Below, piece by piece: positions 29,861 to 45,353 of a stretch of DNA of 64,000 nt. Position 1 is the stretch's first letter; each line of letters begins with the position of its first letter. The translations under genes were made by a program, and so were the position numbers. Under the pieces are notes generated by a model that did no database searches, had not been told where the DNA came from, and was given only the letters and a program-made list of their open reading frames with translations. The stretch comes from the human T2T-CHM13v2.0 reference genome, Homo sapiens. The DNA is taken from NCBI RefSeq assembly GCF_009914755.1, contig NC_060929.1; one strand, given 5' to 3'.

Positions 29861-32779
29861 TCATCTTCACTGGCAGTTCCTTTCAGAAAATTTACAATTC
29901 ATACACTGAAAAAAATTTTATTTTTAAGAAGTTCTAACAACTATCCATTTAATCAAAACACTGAAGAATATACAGGTTTCTTTAACGTGTATGCAAACGA
30001 TCTCATTCTTATTCCAAGGAGTTACACTGGGAGACATTACCGAACTAAAACTCTCAAACCTACAACAAATTATCAATGGATTAGTAAGAACTAACTAAAT
30101 ACAGGAAGCTGACAGAATACAGGAAAGTAAAAAATGTGAGGTAATTCTCAAAGAGTATTTGCGAAAAATAATATTCAGCTGAGCTTGAAGGTAGTAATGA
30201 ACACATTCTGGAAGAAAGAAGAAGAGTGATAAAAGGACAAGTACAAAAAGTAAAAAAAAAAAAAAAGTAATAAGACAGAGACTAGTAACTGAAGAAATCT
30301 TTGAAATGAGCCACTACATATTTCTTAAATGATAAAAATAGTATTTTGGAAAGAGCACTCCTGGACTGTAGATATGACCAACAAAAGTCAACCTTTAGAA
30401 ACATCTTAGTTTATGAGTGAATTCAGAGGAATATATACAATGTATCTTTAACCTTTCACACTTTTTTCCATTAAATTCTTCGCACAAAAAAGCTTAAAAC
30501 AATGAAAAACTATAGAATGTATACTAGATCTGATGAAACTGCCTACAATTATATATGATAAACAGAGATTTATCAGTATATTAATAGAATGAGTATATGT
30601 GTATATATTAGTGTCCTGCAACAATTTAAAATGTATGAAATAGCAAGCTACAAAATTATCTTCAAATACTTAGAATAAATATTAACCTACTAAAAAGATA
30701 TAGAAGTTTTATCATGTTCTCAGAGGAGTTACAATGAAAAGCTAGAACATGATGCAAATAATTTTATAACCTCTCGGCGTTCACTTGGACATTTAAACAG
30801 TAATGAATATAAATATATGCCTTCTTCTTTATATTCTCAAAGATATACAGTAAAAATGAAAATAAAAGAAAATCACCCAACTATAGTTCAGTAAGAAGGA
30901 CTCGGATTTACAACCACTTTTCTTTGTATTACAGAGTCTCAATATATTTATTTATATGTTTTATTAAAGTGAATGATAACCATCTAGATTTTATGCTCCA
31001 ATCAAAAATAGCCAATAAAGATCTGGTAACAGACACTACAAATTTTTTATCCCCAAACTCTCCTGAAGTAACTTGAGTACTTCTACCATCATACTTTAGA
31101 AACCAAAAATAATGAAATATGGCAGCCACTAAAGAAAAATACTATACTGATATAGTCTGCAACCTAGATGTGGCTACAACTAAGATGCAAGAGAAGAAGG
31201 GTTGGGAAAAAAAAGTATCGAAACAGTATGGACTTATCTGGCTTTTAAATTTCTTGGCTATTAAAATCTGGATGATATAGTCAACAACAACAACAACAAA
31301 AAGAATCCACCCCAAAACTCACATGATGAATACATCCTTCTACTGCCTGTCAGGTAACTTTATGTTCAAACCTTTGTAAATAATTTAAAGAAAGACAGCA
31401 AAAGAAGACAACCTACCTAATATGAGTAAGCAAAATCTGCAGCACTAATAGGAACAGTACTCAGCACACAGGTTTAGATAGGAACATCACCTGTATATCT
31501 TTGCCTGAAGACAGGGTTACCTGACAAAGGCCCAAGTGCCATAGGACATTTACAATAATGTATCTTTGTGATAATGACTACAATAAAATGATGGAAAAAG
31601 TGCATCCTATTACCCAGAAGCCAGATTCAACTACAGTTTGTAAACTATATTTAGAAAGGCAAATCTTTATTTAAAAAAGAAAGAAAGAAAAAAAGCTAAT
31701 TCTCCAATTCTCCTTCCTTTAAGTTTAGTCACTGAAATAACTGGGAATAAGTCTTGGATATCCTAAAACCCTAGAACCTCATTACTGTGGATAAAAACAT
31801 AAGCCAAAACTTCTTCCTAGATCCAAATAATACATTTCACTTGTTGACTGGCTAGAAAGGTAGTTCAGGAAAATATCCTCATAGATGACAGGCTTAATGT
31901 ACTACTAGCATGCCACTGCCATCTAACCTTATAAAATTTCTATTTGCTAAGCCTAATGACTCAAGTCTTTATCTCAACCCACTATCTCCCGTTGCCAACA
32001 CTTGAGCACAAAGCCCAAGACTGCACTTCCACACTTGTATCTTAGAGATAATTTGTTTTGCTTCAAATATCTGATTTTAACAGGTAGTCAAAAAAGAAAG
32101 CAAATAAAAATTAGATTTTTATTAAAAAAAAAAAAGGACTTAAACTACAGACTATGTATGTGGGGAAAAAAGCACTAGCCAAGGAATTACACTAAAAATA
32201 ATCTACTAACCATAAATTTTAAATCCAAAAGAAGCATTCTAAAATTTGATCCAGAAAAAAATATATTTTTAAAGAATACTTAAATACTATTTGGAATTTC
32301 CTATTTTTAACCATAACAAATTCTGCATTATCCACACTGGGATATCCTTATCGGAGTTTTTAATACTAAGCTAGCTTCCTCCTGAGATCCCGTTTGCATT
32401 TGGCCATCTCCTATCATCAGCTGATGAATCCCCAGAGTTAGTGAACTAATTTTAATATTGCTAAACTAATATAATTAAGCAGGTAAATCTGCTGGGTAAA
32501 AAATAATGCATTCCAAAGAAAAATTGTCTGGATATCATCCAAGACACTGCCTGTCTTCCATACGACACTGGCACACAGGGAAAGAAAAAATACACATTCA
32601 TTCTTTATTGCTTTCAATGCCTTCAAATGATAGAATATAATCCACTTATGTTCCTGCCAAGCTATGTGATTAAAAAAAAAAAAAAACCTTAAGAGAAAGA
32701 TACCAATAGACTAAAAAGAGAATAAGAGGATACGATCTAGCAAAGAATTTAGAATGAGTAAAAATGTATTTATTCTTCA

Positions 32780-32959
<180 letters not shown>

Positions 32960-33334
32960 TTAAATTAAATTGGATCTTTCAAATACCACTTAAACAAAAT
33001 AAAACCGATTTTATTAACAGTAAGAATGTACAAGTCAACATAATTCTGACAAGAATTACATTCTAGTTGATCAGAACTGCATGTTGTTAATGACAATTAT
33101 GCCAAAAAATACCCCTTGAGTACATTAGTGACTTTGGCTGGATAAATTTGATACATAAAGAATGGCATCATTAATGTGCTAACTAGGTCAAAACAATTTA
33201 CTTACTTTAAAAGTGAAAAAACATTTGACTCTTTAAGCTATTTTAAGCTTTTATTTAATAAAATATGTCACCAAAATATTTGAAGTGATACATTTTTTAA
33301 AGCATGCACAATGCAGTAGTAACCCATCTGTCCC

Positions 33335-33440
33335 TAACCCAACATTTATTGAATGTCTATTATATTCCAACACTAGGAGGGATGAATAAAAAGATGAGCA
33401 CATATTCCTGGCCCTCAAAAGAGTTGACACTCCATCAGCA
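33335..33440 (-). mobile_element. L2 fragment
   Basis: aacatttattgaatgtctattatattccaacact...cctggccctcaaaagagttgac. Confidence 0.6.
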
Positions 33441-33499
33441 AGATACATCTCTAAAACATGATTTCAATTACCAGTAGAGAGTGATTTGACATGATATAG

Positions 33500-34120
33500 A
33501 AAAATTTGAAAATGTACATATCTTAGTACCATATTGTATATACTTCTCATATATGCCGTAGAGAACTCTTGAAGATGAGCACAAGAGATTTATACAATAA
33601 TTTTATTGCAATACTGCCTCTGATAGTAAAACAGTAGAAGCAATGTAAGTGTCCTTCAATAGGAAATGAATAACCCAGAGATTTATACATATAATAGAAT
33701 ACTAACAATGAAAAAGAATGAATTATACCCATTATGGCTAGATCTCAAAAATAAAAGTAAACATGCAAATTGTAGACTCATATATACTTTGTGAGACCAG
33801 ATATTTAACCATATGTCACTAGATATAAATTACATGTGACCACAAACTAAATAATACCACATCATGGGTATCCACATACATATTAAAATATTTTTTAAAG
33901 CATTTTAGATCATCATAGCAGTTGCTCTGGAAGGGAACAATGGGACAACAGTACGAATGTAAGACAACAGAGACTTGAAGTTTATTTGCTTTATTAATTC
34001 AAGCAGCAGCAGCAAATTTAATAAAATGTTAACAACTGTCAATTTATGGGTGACAGGCATACAGCTGTTATTACTCCTTTTTGTATTCTATATTTTTCTT
34101 AATTTCTCAAAATAGATAAA
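33500..34120 (+). mobile_element. Ancient L1ME-like 3' fragment
   Basis: agaagcaatgtaagtgtccttcaataggaaatgaataa...aaaatgttaacaactgtcaatttatgggtgacagg. Confidence 0.55.
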
Positions 34121-34129
34121 TAAAACAAG

Positions 34130-34665
34130 AATTAAAATCTGATCACATTTCACACTTGCTAAAATCTCATGCTATAGTTCTTATTACCTAGAGACTTTCA
34201 AATTTCACAGCATGACACTGAAAAAAATTTAACAACCTGGTCCTTTCTTTCTTTTCCAGACCAAATATGAATACTTCCCTACTACCTAGCCTATCAACCT
34301 AGTGGCACTGTAACACTCACCACTTATTAAGCATTCCCCATATTTTTCTGATGTTTTATCTTTGTTAACGCTCTTTTCCATTAGTGCAATTACCTTACCC
34401 TAAAATATGTCTGCTTGCATATTCATCACATCACTACATGTAATTCAAAACTTAGTTCAAATGTCACTTACTATTTATAGGATTTTCAGATTCCTTTCTT
34501 ATCCCTCACATAAGAATAACTATTTTTGCAATTGGTGTTTCTATAGCACTATCATGAGACCAGGATCTTCTCTCTTTGGCAGTATAACTCTTGTTTAATT
34601 CTTCGACACCTCTCACAGTGCCTGGCACATAGTAACTGTTCAAATGTTAATGGAACTGAATGAAC
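34130..34665 (+). mobile_element. L2 3' region
   Basis: Ends cacagtgcctggcacatagtaactgttcaaatgttaatggaactgaatgaa. Confidence 0.65.
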
Positions 34666-35149
34666 ATCTGAAACAAGTGTTAAGGAACAGAGTACAGAGT
34701 TATCAGTTCATGAATTCATTAAAATTGCCATTAAATCTTCTGGACAAAAATCAAATGGTACTAGCTTCTGAATCAAAATATCACAAAAATGTAAAACACT
34801 ATGTCTGTAATACAGAGAAATTTTGTATAAAATACTGCAATTCTATTATTAATTATATTCATATTCAAATAGGATTAAGATTAACACTAAATACTAGCTT
34901 TCCTCTTTGATAATTTCAGGAATTTTCCTAGAAAAATTTTTAAATACACTTCTGCTGGTACTTGCAGCTTCTCCTGAAATCAATTATCATCCTAAAAAAT
35001 GATTTTCTACTCATGCTAATAATTAACTTCTTCCTTTGATGTCTCACAGCACTGGTCCATAAGTGTTTTCAAGGGAGATAATGTCTTTTGGAAGTTGCTA
35101 CTTGGTTCAAACGTGTGTGGATTAGCATTACAGGTAATGTATCCATGCA

Positions 35150-35362
35150 ATCCAAAGGGCTAGAGAAGAGAAGTTTGGGAATCTTAACAGATCTGGGTTA
35201 GAATTTTGACTTTGACACCCACCTGTTGTTAACTTCTTTATGCCTCAATTACCTCACTGGTAAAATTGGATAAAAATAGCTACCTCATGTGGTAGTTATG
35301 AGGATTAATTATATAAAACAGCATAGTACCTGGTATATTAAAAATACTCAATAAAAGATAAC
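35150..35362 (+). mobile_element. MIR SINE
   Basis: cagatctgggttagaatt...tgcctcaattacctcactggtaaaattggata...gaggattaatt. Confidence 0.75.
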
Positions 35363-35417
35363 TTGTATCAAACATTTTCTATTACCAGCAAATGATAGCA
35401 AAATCCTGAGATGTAGT

Positions 35418-35779
35418 TGCTATGGTCTAAAGGTTTGTGTACCCCCAAAACCCATATGTTGAAATCCTAACCTCCAAGATGATAGTATTAGGAAGTGGGA
35501 TCTTTGGGGAGTGATTAAATCATGAGGGCAGAGCCCTAATATATGGGATTAGTACCTTTATAAAATAGAACACAGGGAGCTTGTTTGCCTTTCTACCATG
35601 TGAGGATACAGGGAGAAGGTGTCTATAAACTAGAAAGCAAGCCCTCACCAAACACCAAACCTGCCAGTGCCTTAATCTTGGACTTGTCAGCCTCCAGATC
35701 TGTGACAAACACATGTCTGTTGTTTGTAAGTTATCCAGTTTATAGTATTTTGGTACAGCAACCCAAGTGGACAAAGACA
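35418..35779 (+). mobile_element. MLT1A/MLT1A0 solo LTR (ERVL-MaLR)
   Basis: tgctatggtctaaaggtttgtgtacccccaaaa...cttggacttgtcagcctccaga...ggacaaagaca; TG...CA ends, ~360 bp. Confidence 0.9.
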
Positions 35780-36454
35780 ACAATAAGATGATGTTCAATA
35801 TCTTTAGATCACCTCTTTAGAATGCCACATTCAAATATTACTGTTCACTGGAAACTACCATTCTGGGTTTAAGTAAATGCCCCATCCATTAAGAGGGGAA
35901 AGAACACTGAAGGCGAGTATATACTCTGGATGATTTGGGAGGCTCAAGTGAGTACTTAACCCTTTGTACAAAATCCCTCAAAAATGTAAATTATTTATGT
36001 CTGGTATTACAATTAAACTCACTTCACAAGGAGTATTTGAGAAATAAGACATCAAGATTATAGGAGGGGAACTAAGGGTGCGGACAACCAATCTCCTTAA
36101 TATATTAACTCATATATAAACCCATTAATTTATTAACTCTATGGTGAACAGTAAGAGTCAGGAAATGGAAGCTTTCACATAATGCTGAATTAACTACTGC
36201 TATTTAAACTGTGACACAAATGTTTATCTTATATACTACTCTAGTTGATTATCAACATGGCTACCAATTTTTTCACCTAACTGCTACAACAGCCTCAAAT
36301 CACAGCAAAGAGAAAAAAAAATTAAACTGTCAGTGGCTAACAGGTAAAAACAGACTAGGTGATATTAGACATTGATACAGCCCAATTCAAATTAGTAAAC
36401 TGCAGAAAGCAAATAATAGGCTTCACTATCCTCTCCTGATAGGAGAGGAAAAAA

Positions 36455-36690
36455 ACCTTTATTGAAGCTTTCTTGTGTTTTGTGGCAATGAAACTCATTT
36501 GGCGCTTTACCTCTTAATCTCATTTAGTCTGATCCTCAATAGAACATGTATGAAGTAGTATTGTATCCTTTCTGCAAGGAAGGAAAACAAAGTGCAAAAA
36601 TTAAGATAACTAAAGCAAGTCACATGAGTAAGAAACAGCAGGATCAAGGTTTTAACTGAGTTCAGTGCAACTCAAAAATGGCGTTTGCCT
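36455..36690 (-). mobile_element. MIR SINE
   Basis: tttattgaagctttc...atctcatttagtc...aagtcacatgagtaagaaacagcaggatcaagg. Confidence 0.55.
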
Positions 36691-37597
36691 CCATCTCCCC
36701 TTAAAATGCTTTCAGCCTAGGGGGTCGGGGGGGAAAGCCTGGAGAGGTGAATTTGATCCTACATCATTCATGTAAGCCTCCAAAGGATGAAATTTAAAAC
36801 AAGATTGTTACAGCAGCAGTCAAAGGACTCTAAGAGAAGTCACAGAATTATAAAACTAGTAAAATATCAACTAAGAGACTGAAAAGTAAACAGTCACAAT
36901 TAACTTTCAGGAAATCAACTTTCCATTTCCCTATAATCATTTCCCTATAACTTTCTGAAATCTATTCATAGTATTACTATTTTCTTGAGAATTGAGTAAT
37001 CTATAATAGTTTACAGCCTAATTATTCAGAGTAGAAAATGTAAAAAATAGGCCAAACACACACATAACGCATACAGATCTACATCAAAAATACTCTGACA
37101 TAGGGCATAGCACAGAAGCTATTTTTAGAATAACTCATAAAATTCCAGTAGTTTAAAACACTGGCCTATATAACAAATGGCAGGTAATCTATCCGACCTC
37201 ATCGTTTTACAATGGAATAAAAAGCCACCCAAAGAGGTTCTCTGTCCAAAAAGTAGAGAAGCAGAATCTGGTACAGGGAAATTAAAGAAGCACAGGAAAT
37301 ATACTTAACTGAGGTTTCTAGATAATGACTATATGCTCAAACTAAATATGACTTAAAAATAGCTTTGTGGCATGCACTATACAAAAGTGATATAAAACCT
37401 ATCACTAGAAGAAACAGACACATACAATATGCTAGACCCTCACTACAGCTATACTCCTCAAATCTATGTGTATAGTCGACACAAGAGTTTTACAGCAAAT
37501 GCAAACTATACCTATGTAGGTACATGACACCTGTCTCACTCAAAAATAACTGAAACAGAACTCAAAGAATTCTCTTTTGGGAAAATTCTACATCTAA

Positions 37598-37903
<306 letters not shown>

Positions 37904-39279
37904 AAAATTGTACATCTAAGTCCTCAGTTCTCTGCTTCACCATAACTCATTTATGGCAAATCATTGTCCTCACTTTCCACATGAATAAAACTTCTCCCTC
38001 ATAAACACAGGAATCCTTCCCCTTTTCTAAAGTTTATCTTACTTAAACTAGTGCCACAAATAAAAATGTTCTACTATCTTACTACTTTGTGTAAAATGGT
38101 AAGTTCATCCTGTGGCATTCTAGATACAATTATTTTAAATAACTTAAGAAGAAATTTTCCCATTAAGGTCACATAAAGAACAAAAATGTAAAATAAACCA
38201 CAACATCAGCAGAAACCATCAGCAGAAACTTATAGAGGCATTACATCCTTATAGTTACATCAAGGACATAAAAGCTATGTCACAGAAATATACAAAGACA
38301 ATGCTGCCATCTAAAGGCCAAGATATAATATGAAAAGATGTATGTATACTCAAATACTACCAAAATAGCTTGATATTTTAAGTCAGCAAAGTTTATATGA
38401 AAACTATGCTATGATTATTTTTAGACTCTGCAATTAAGCTATAATACTCTTTTTGAGAATATTCAGTTTATTAAGAGAATTAGCAAAATAATTTGACTGA
38501 TTATCAGTATTTGTCAAAGCATAGTTGAAATTCTTTTGGCATTCTTTCTGACAGTGTTCTCTGTACGTACCTGTATTAGTTGCTAACTTAAAATATTTGT
38601 TGTTACATTACTAAGAATAGGTGTCAAAGTAAAAACATCCTAATTACTTAAAGCTATGGCTTCGCAAGTATTTAAATATTTCTCTTTATTTCATAAATTT
38701 TAAAAATACAAACTTCCTATAGGAGGTTAGTTATCAATATCTCAATTATCCAATAAAGAGTTCAAATTATTCTAAATTTCCTTTTGTAATAAACTTAAAT
38801 GGGAAGAACTGTAGTGAATTAGCCTTTAAGACTTAGCAAAATTACCTCAAATTTCCAATGAAATGAAAATGTTAAATAAAAAAAAATACAAAACTGATGC
38901 CCTTAGCATTTACGTATATAACATATTTTTAATGTACCAAAATACTAGAAAAAAACTAATGTGAACATAACAAAAACCTTAAAAACATAAACAGTTGCTT
39001 TCTTTGGGAAACCATTGGCTAAAAATTGTTTGATTGCCAATAAAACTATTTCTTTATGTTTACTCAACAAGAAAAATAAAAGTCAACAAATATCCTACTG
39101 CTTGAGAAACAGAAAACTTCTAAATTGAGATCACCATCCTTTAATTTACCTTGGATGTAAAGTGAAAACCAAAAGTTAGGTAACAAATACAGTTGTGATG
39201 CCATAAAAACTACTATGTTTTACATATCTCCTGTAAGTCAGACTTCGTACTAGACAACTTAAAGATACAGTGTCATTTA

Positions 39280-39450
39280 ATCGTCAAAACTATAACTAGC
39301 AAATAGACAGATATCAATAACTTCATTTACAAATGAGGTGTAAAGAACTCAAGTAACTTTCCCAGGGTCACTATGCAAGTGAGTGGATACCAATATTCAA
39401 AAATTCAGTCTAACACAGACCTAACTTCTCTTTACAAAATCCTACTGTCT
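39280..39450 (-). mobile_element. MIR SINE fragment
   Basis: catttacaaatgagg...aagtaactttcccagggtcactatgcaagtgagtgg. Confidence 0.6.
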
Positions 39451-39600
39451 CAAGAATGACTATTACATAAAAATTATTAAATGTTATGAACTCCAAGGGG
39501 CAATAAAAAGATCTCTTCATTTTTGAAATACAACTAAAAAAGCAAGTCTTCTTTGTAGTATACTACACATTCAGGACTACCCTGACAACATTTTCAAATA

Positions 39601-39925
39601 CAGACATGCATTGCTTAATGACAGGAAAATGTTATGAGAAATGTGTCATTAGGTAATTTTGTCATTGTGTGAACATCACAGAATGTACTTACACAAACCT
39701 AGAGCATACAGAAAGCCCTGGGCCATATGGTATAGCTTTTATTGCCCCTAAGCTGCAAAGCTGAACAGCATGTCACTGTAATGAATACTGCAGGCAACTG
39801 TAATACAATGGTATTTCTGTATCTAAACATAGAAAAGGCAAAAATACAGTATAATAATCTTACAGGACCACTACTGTATATGCTATCCACTGTTAACCCA
39901 AACATTGTTATATGGCCCATGACTG
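39601..39925. mobile_element. Tigger3a-like non-autonomous Tc1/mariner DNA transposon
   Basis: TIRs cagacatgc... / ...catgactg, flanked by TA on both sides (39599-39600, 39926-39927). Confidence 0.85.
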
Positions 39926-40029
39926 TATGTACGCTATTTTTCAATTTTAAGAACTCCTACTGGTGCATCCTAGTGACAACTTTTTCTTTTAACTGATATG
40001 ATGTACCTATCATATAAAAACATAAATGC

Positions 40030-40397
40030 TTTGGAATATTATTCAGCCATAAAACATAATAAAGCTCTGATACATGATAAACACGAATGAGCCTTGAAAA
40101 CATCATGCTGAGACACCAGAAACAAGACCACGTATCACGTGATTCCATTTATACAAAATATCTAGACTAGGAAAACCCATAGAGATAGAAAGTAGATTAG
40201 CAGTTGCCAGGGACTAGAAGAAGGGTAAAATGGGGAGGGATAGCTAATGGGCACAGGATTTTTTTAGGGGTAATGAAAATATTCAAAAATTAGACATTGG
40301 TAATGACTGCACAACATGGTAAATATACTAAAAACCGATGAGTTGTACACTTTAAAAGGGTGAAATGTATTTTATGTGAATTATCTCTCAAAAAAAA
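40030..40397 (+). mobile_element. L1MB-like 3' UTR
   Basis: ggaatattattcagccataaaa...gaaagtagattagcagttgccaggg...gtgaattatctctcaaaaaaa. Confidence 0.85.
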
Positions 40398-40943
40398 TTG
40401 TAAGATTTTTAAGCACAATATATTAAATGTGTCTGCATTACCCATGTATGTGCTTAAAATATAAAATCTATGTAATTGCCCTATTATATGCTCTAACTTA
40501 TTGAATCCCATTTTTTATGATACTAAGTAAAAGACTCTATTTTACAAGAGTACATTTTTCTGGACAATAAAAAAAATTCTAACTGTCTAGAATTATTATA
40601 ATCCCTAGAGATATCAGAAAGAACTACACAACCACAGACTTATGTTTGGCAAACAAATTTGATTTTTCCAATTTACCAGTATTAGTTCACTGTCCACATT
40701 TAGAAAAGATGCATTGGCACATGCTAATGAGGGATTTTTAACATGCAAGTACCACACACAAACACCATCTATTCAGTTAAAAGATCAATTTATAAAATCA
40801 TCACTTTAAAAGGATTTTTGCTTTTGATTAAGTAGTATTTGAACCATCACAAGAAAATAAGCAGAAAAAATTATAAATAAACTTGAAAGAATTCGAAGGT
40901 TAGGAACAAAATGAACAATACAAGGATGATAACAAGTACTTAC

Positions 40944-41075
40944 TAATTTGTTTTCCTGCATGTATATCCTTTGTAATTTCAGACAGCCCTTAGCTATGAC
41001 GATCATGCCTTCATCTGAGATCTTGTAACACTGGCCGAAATGAATATCTTTGAGTTCTCTGCATTTTGAGCCCAG
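40944..41075 (-). CDS. FBXL17: FBXL17 coding exon (probably exon 4), LRRs: LGSKCRELKDIHFGQCYKISDEGMIVIAKGCLKLQRIYMQENKL
   Basis: Acceptor tgtttgtttacag|CTG, donor TTA|gtaagt, 132 nt = 44 codons, in frame with the previous exon. Confidence 0.96.
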
Positions 41076-41256
41076 CTGTAAACAAACAGATTTAGCTGAA
41101 TGCTCAAAAAATAACAAAGGCAACATATTTCAAGTGAGATTTTCATATAATTTTTTGAAAATAACCACGTCAGAGTTAAATATTTATGTTACTTGTAAAA
41201 TAAGATAGAATGTAAGCAATCCATAACTTAAAACAGTACTGTATAAACATTTTTAA

Positions 41257-41650
<394 letters not shown>

Positions 41651-42959
41651 TCTCTTGAGTCTTAATAGTGAGGAAAAAAATATAATGCTTAAAGGAATAA
41701 ATTATGGTGTATTCATAAAACTGAATATTATACAACCACTACAATTGGAAGAAACATTTGACAAAAATGTATGTAAGTTTTTATAGTATAATCCAATTTT
41801 ATAAAGAAATTATGCATATTTAAATACATACATGTGTATTTGTGCACAGAAAAGGGACTGAAATACATACCAAGGTGTTCACAGTGGTTAATTCTGATTA
41901 GCGCATGAGTGAGTTTTTATTCCCTTCTGCCTATGAATCTTCTCTAATTTTTTTAATAAACATTGCTTTTGTAAGAAAAAAAAACTTCCAAGTTCTGTCT
42001 CAAGTAATGACATCAGAAATATATGTGAGTTCAGTTACTTTTCCAGGGGTGGTGATAGATATAAACTATATTATTATAATCTAGGCTGCACTACAACCAA
42101 TAACATATTCCTACAGAAATGTAAACTCCATGAAGACAGCAGTTTGTCTATTTTGTTAAATAAGGTAACTCTGGTGCCCGATATCTTACACTTAGTTGAT
42201 ACTTAATAAATATTTGTTAAATAAATGAAAAGGCTGATCAGGATTATGCACTATAAAGCAGCTCTCATTTTAAATGCGCAAATACAAGAAACCATGATTT
42301 TGGCCTCATATACTACTAAATTCCAGTTAATTCAGTGGTTCTAACTGGCCCATGGAGAGAATTCAGGGGTTCCAGGAAAGCAGATTTTTTAAAAGTGCAT
42401 GTTCATTTTTTATGTTATCCTCCAAATGAACTTTAGCCTTTCCTTACCATATGAAAAACAGCACAGTAGCTTAGCAATACCTAAGACTTTGTAAGCAATA
42501 GAAATCAAAGATTATTTCATATATCACTGTTGCAGATACCTTGAAATATTTTTCATTAGTAGTCATCATGCTCATTAGCTATCAGATTTTTATTGAATTC
42601 ATTAAAAGAGGCATATATATTTCTATAACAAATGTTGAGGAAACTAAATCCAAAGCCAACAGTGGGAAAAGCAAAGAAGTCTATTGAAGAACTCTCAACA
42701 GGCTCACATATATGTCTGGCAGTGAGGCTGAGGTTGGGGCTAAAAATACTAGAATTCTTGAAAGTCTGTTTAAAAATTAGTTAAATCCTCAGATCACCTC
42801 CCCATTACTGCACAGCCTGACCTTGCCCTTTTTCCTACAATGGCAAAAAAATGTATTTCTCTGGGGAGAGCAAAACGTAGGGTTTTTGGACTGGGGTATA
42901 CCACAGATAGCTGAGAACCAAAGCACAATGCTGAAAATATGGGGATTTGTGAACGTTTA

Positions 42960-43900
42960 TACAGTGAAAACGGAGGAATTCAAAGAAACATTTCTATCCC
43001 ATTTTCCAGAATGAAAGGATATCAACTTCCAGACTGAAAAGGCTTATCCACTTGTCCAGCATAAATGACAAAAATAGACACATGGCAATGCAAATCATCA
43101 AAAAGTTTCAGAAACAGGAGTTTAAAGAGATTCTACAGACTTAGATAAACTTCATAGAAAGGATTAGGATGAAAATGCATCAAACTTCTTAACAAAACTA
43201 AAAGAAAGCAACAGTCCAATGCCATCAAATTCTGAAGATAAATTATTTCTAACCCAGAATTCTGTACTCGGGATTCAGATTATGAATTAAGTGTGAAAGC
43301 AGAATTAGAGATGTTTTCAGACATACAAGTTATCAAAAGATTTACCTCCCATATACACTTTATCAGGAAGGTACTGGAATCTGTGCTCTATAAAACACGA
43401 GAATACACCAAGGGAAAGAAAACATGACATCTGGGTAACAGAAGATCTAACCCAACAGCAAGAGAAAGAAAATCTTAAGGATAACGGTCGTAAGATACTA
43501 AGGTGACCACTAATGCCATCACACTTGTATATGAGAAGTCCAGACTAGACTATCCCAGGCAAATCTGCTGTAGGGCAGTAAATGTAATTAAGTATTCACA
43601 TATAGACATACTAATGCAACTGGAGGAAAGCTTTGGTCTTCATTAGTGTTAAGAGTATAAAAACTAGGTAAAGAAATAAAAAGACATTTATTAATTCCAA
43701 TGAAAACAAAATGCTTTAGAGAAAAAAGATAGGTACATAATTATAGAATGTAAATACTGAATACTTATTTAACAAAAATTATAATAGAATTATGTTGGAA
43801 GGATGAGAGGATAAGACACAGGGAAGGAAGTATAAGTGAGCTAAATCCTTATCTTTGATACAAGGAATCAGCAATAAACAGTCAAAAGTGGGTAAGTTTT
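42960..43900 (+). mobile_element. Ancient L1/HAL1-like ORF1 relic
   Basis: cttccagactgaaaaggcttatcc...ccatcaaattctgaag...ctaacccagaattctgtac resembles L1 ORF1 C-terminal region. Confidence 0.5.
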
Positions 43901-44893
43901 TTAAAAAATACAAACAAACATGCCAGGGGAAAATGTTTTCTCATTCTGTAGGAAGCCCAACTAGTCTGATTCCCGGTCTCTCCACTGATTATTCTGTATT
44001 TAATAAACTGGATATTTTCAGCTCATATGTATACTTCTTCCCCTTGTGAATAAACTGCATACAGGGAGCAAGCAATCTTTATTTCTCTATTTGGGGCCAC
44101 TCTGCTGGTCAGCCTAGTCAATGACTAGTCAGTTAGCCAAACTCCAGAGTCAGGTTAACAATCCCATTTAGCATTGTTTGTAAGCAACCTTCTCCACCTT
44201 AGATTTTCTGAGTGCTAAAGCTGACATCTTGCTCCTTCATCACTATTTCTTCGTCATACTTATCAATTTGATAACATCCTGAGCAGTGAATAGGAGGCCC
44301 CATGAGACCTCAACAGTTAGTACACAAGCTAGAAAAACGGAGAAATAAAAGAAGAGAATCTACATATCAACAGAAGGAATAAGTGTGGTTTTTGGTGAAG
44401 TCTTAGACATCAATGTGCATGGACAAGTTGGTAGAACCTCAGGTTAAGACACGTAAATCACAGCGCCGCAGGCTGGGAAAATAATTTAAACTGACTACAT
44501 GGTGTTTTGACATTGAAAAGTAGCTTTGGTGGCTTTATCTATAAAGAAATGACTTTTCATACAGGCCACGTGGATAACCACACAAAGATGAGAACCATGT
44601 GGATGGCATATGCAGAAATTACCAGCATGTGAGGTAAAGTCAGATGTGGGGAACAGTGCCTCACAGGAGAAGCTATTATGATTTACTACTACTGAGTAAA
44701 ACCATCATTTAATCTCACTGCAGAAACTGATATTCTGTTTTAGACATCACTGGATATAACCGGCAAGACCAGACCCAAATCAGTGCCTATCTGCACTACT
44801 CACCATTACGCCATCCACAAATGTCCTAAGTTCCAGACTATCCAAGCACTGTAAAGTCAATCATTATAACTGATATATTTACAATTTGGCTGA

Positions 44894-45353
<460 letters not shown>

